Source: Abditibacteriaceae bacterium (GTDB taxonomy: Bacteria; Armatimonadota; Abditibacteriia; Abditibacteriales; Abditibacteriaceae). From it: a stretch of DNA of 14,810 nt. Position 1 is the first letter of the stretch. Each line of letters begins with the position of its first letter. Made by a program: the position numbers and the translations under genes. The notes below the pieces were generated by a model. It was not told the origin of the DNA. It searched no databases and saw nothing but the letters and a program-made list of their open reading frames with translations. Below are positions 14,689 through 14,810 of the stretch, in pieces. The stretch is from contig JANPJS010000160.1 of assembly GCA_031425655.1 (NCBI GenBank), positions 1 to 14,810 of the forward strand. The letters are read 5' to 3'.

Positions 14689-14712
14689 CCGGCGACTAAA
14701 GTCGCGGGCAAC
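14689..14712. repeat. REP-like short palindrome
   Basis: GCGACT-AA-AGTCGC core. The reverse complement reads GTTGCCCGCGACTTTAGTCGCCGG, resembling GT(A/T)G-led REP units. The partner arm cannot be assessed because the downstream sequence degrades. Confidence 0.4.
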
Positions 14713-14810
14713 AACGGGGGGGAGGCGGCCAGCGGGGGGGGGAAAAAGGGGGTGTTTTGCAGCCGCTGGGGGGGGAAGGGGGGTGTTTGCCCCAGATTTA
14801 TGTTGTGGGG

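Noticed and set aside
14716..14810. G-quadruplex or G-rich functional element
   Set aside because: Irregular poly-G runs at the extreme end of the window, right after a strong hairpin, are more consistent with low-quality read-end sequence.

Overview
This is a GC-rich bacterial window. Gene content (a PafA-type ligase outside an obvious actinobacterial context, a SARP/STAND regulator) is compatible with Armatimonadota/Abditibacteriota, but that is inference only. In order it encodes: a PafA/Dop-family Pup-type ligase, a secreted 4x YARHG protein, a secreted beta-helix glycoside hydrolase, a 29-codon dead copy of a hydrolase 5' end, two small reverse-strand coiled-coil genes, an alpha/beta hydrolase, a uronate isomerase, two Gly-rich membrane proteins, HtpX on the minus strand, and a large SARP/BTAD-cyclase-like-NB-ARC-TPR regulator. 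Two structural patterns stand out. First, the 2.9-6.6 kb block looks built by serial insertions that each duplicate a gene start: MRERNL occurs three times, one copy is synonymously recoded, and a 15-bp promoter segment occurs twice. No recombinase is present in the window. Second, five long palindromes share an ACRCRRAK core, and one of them lies in frame inside the regulator gene. The last ~95 nt look like low-quality sequence.
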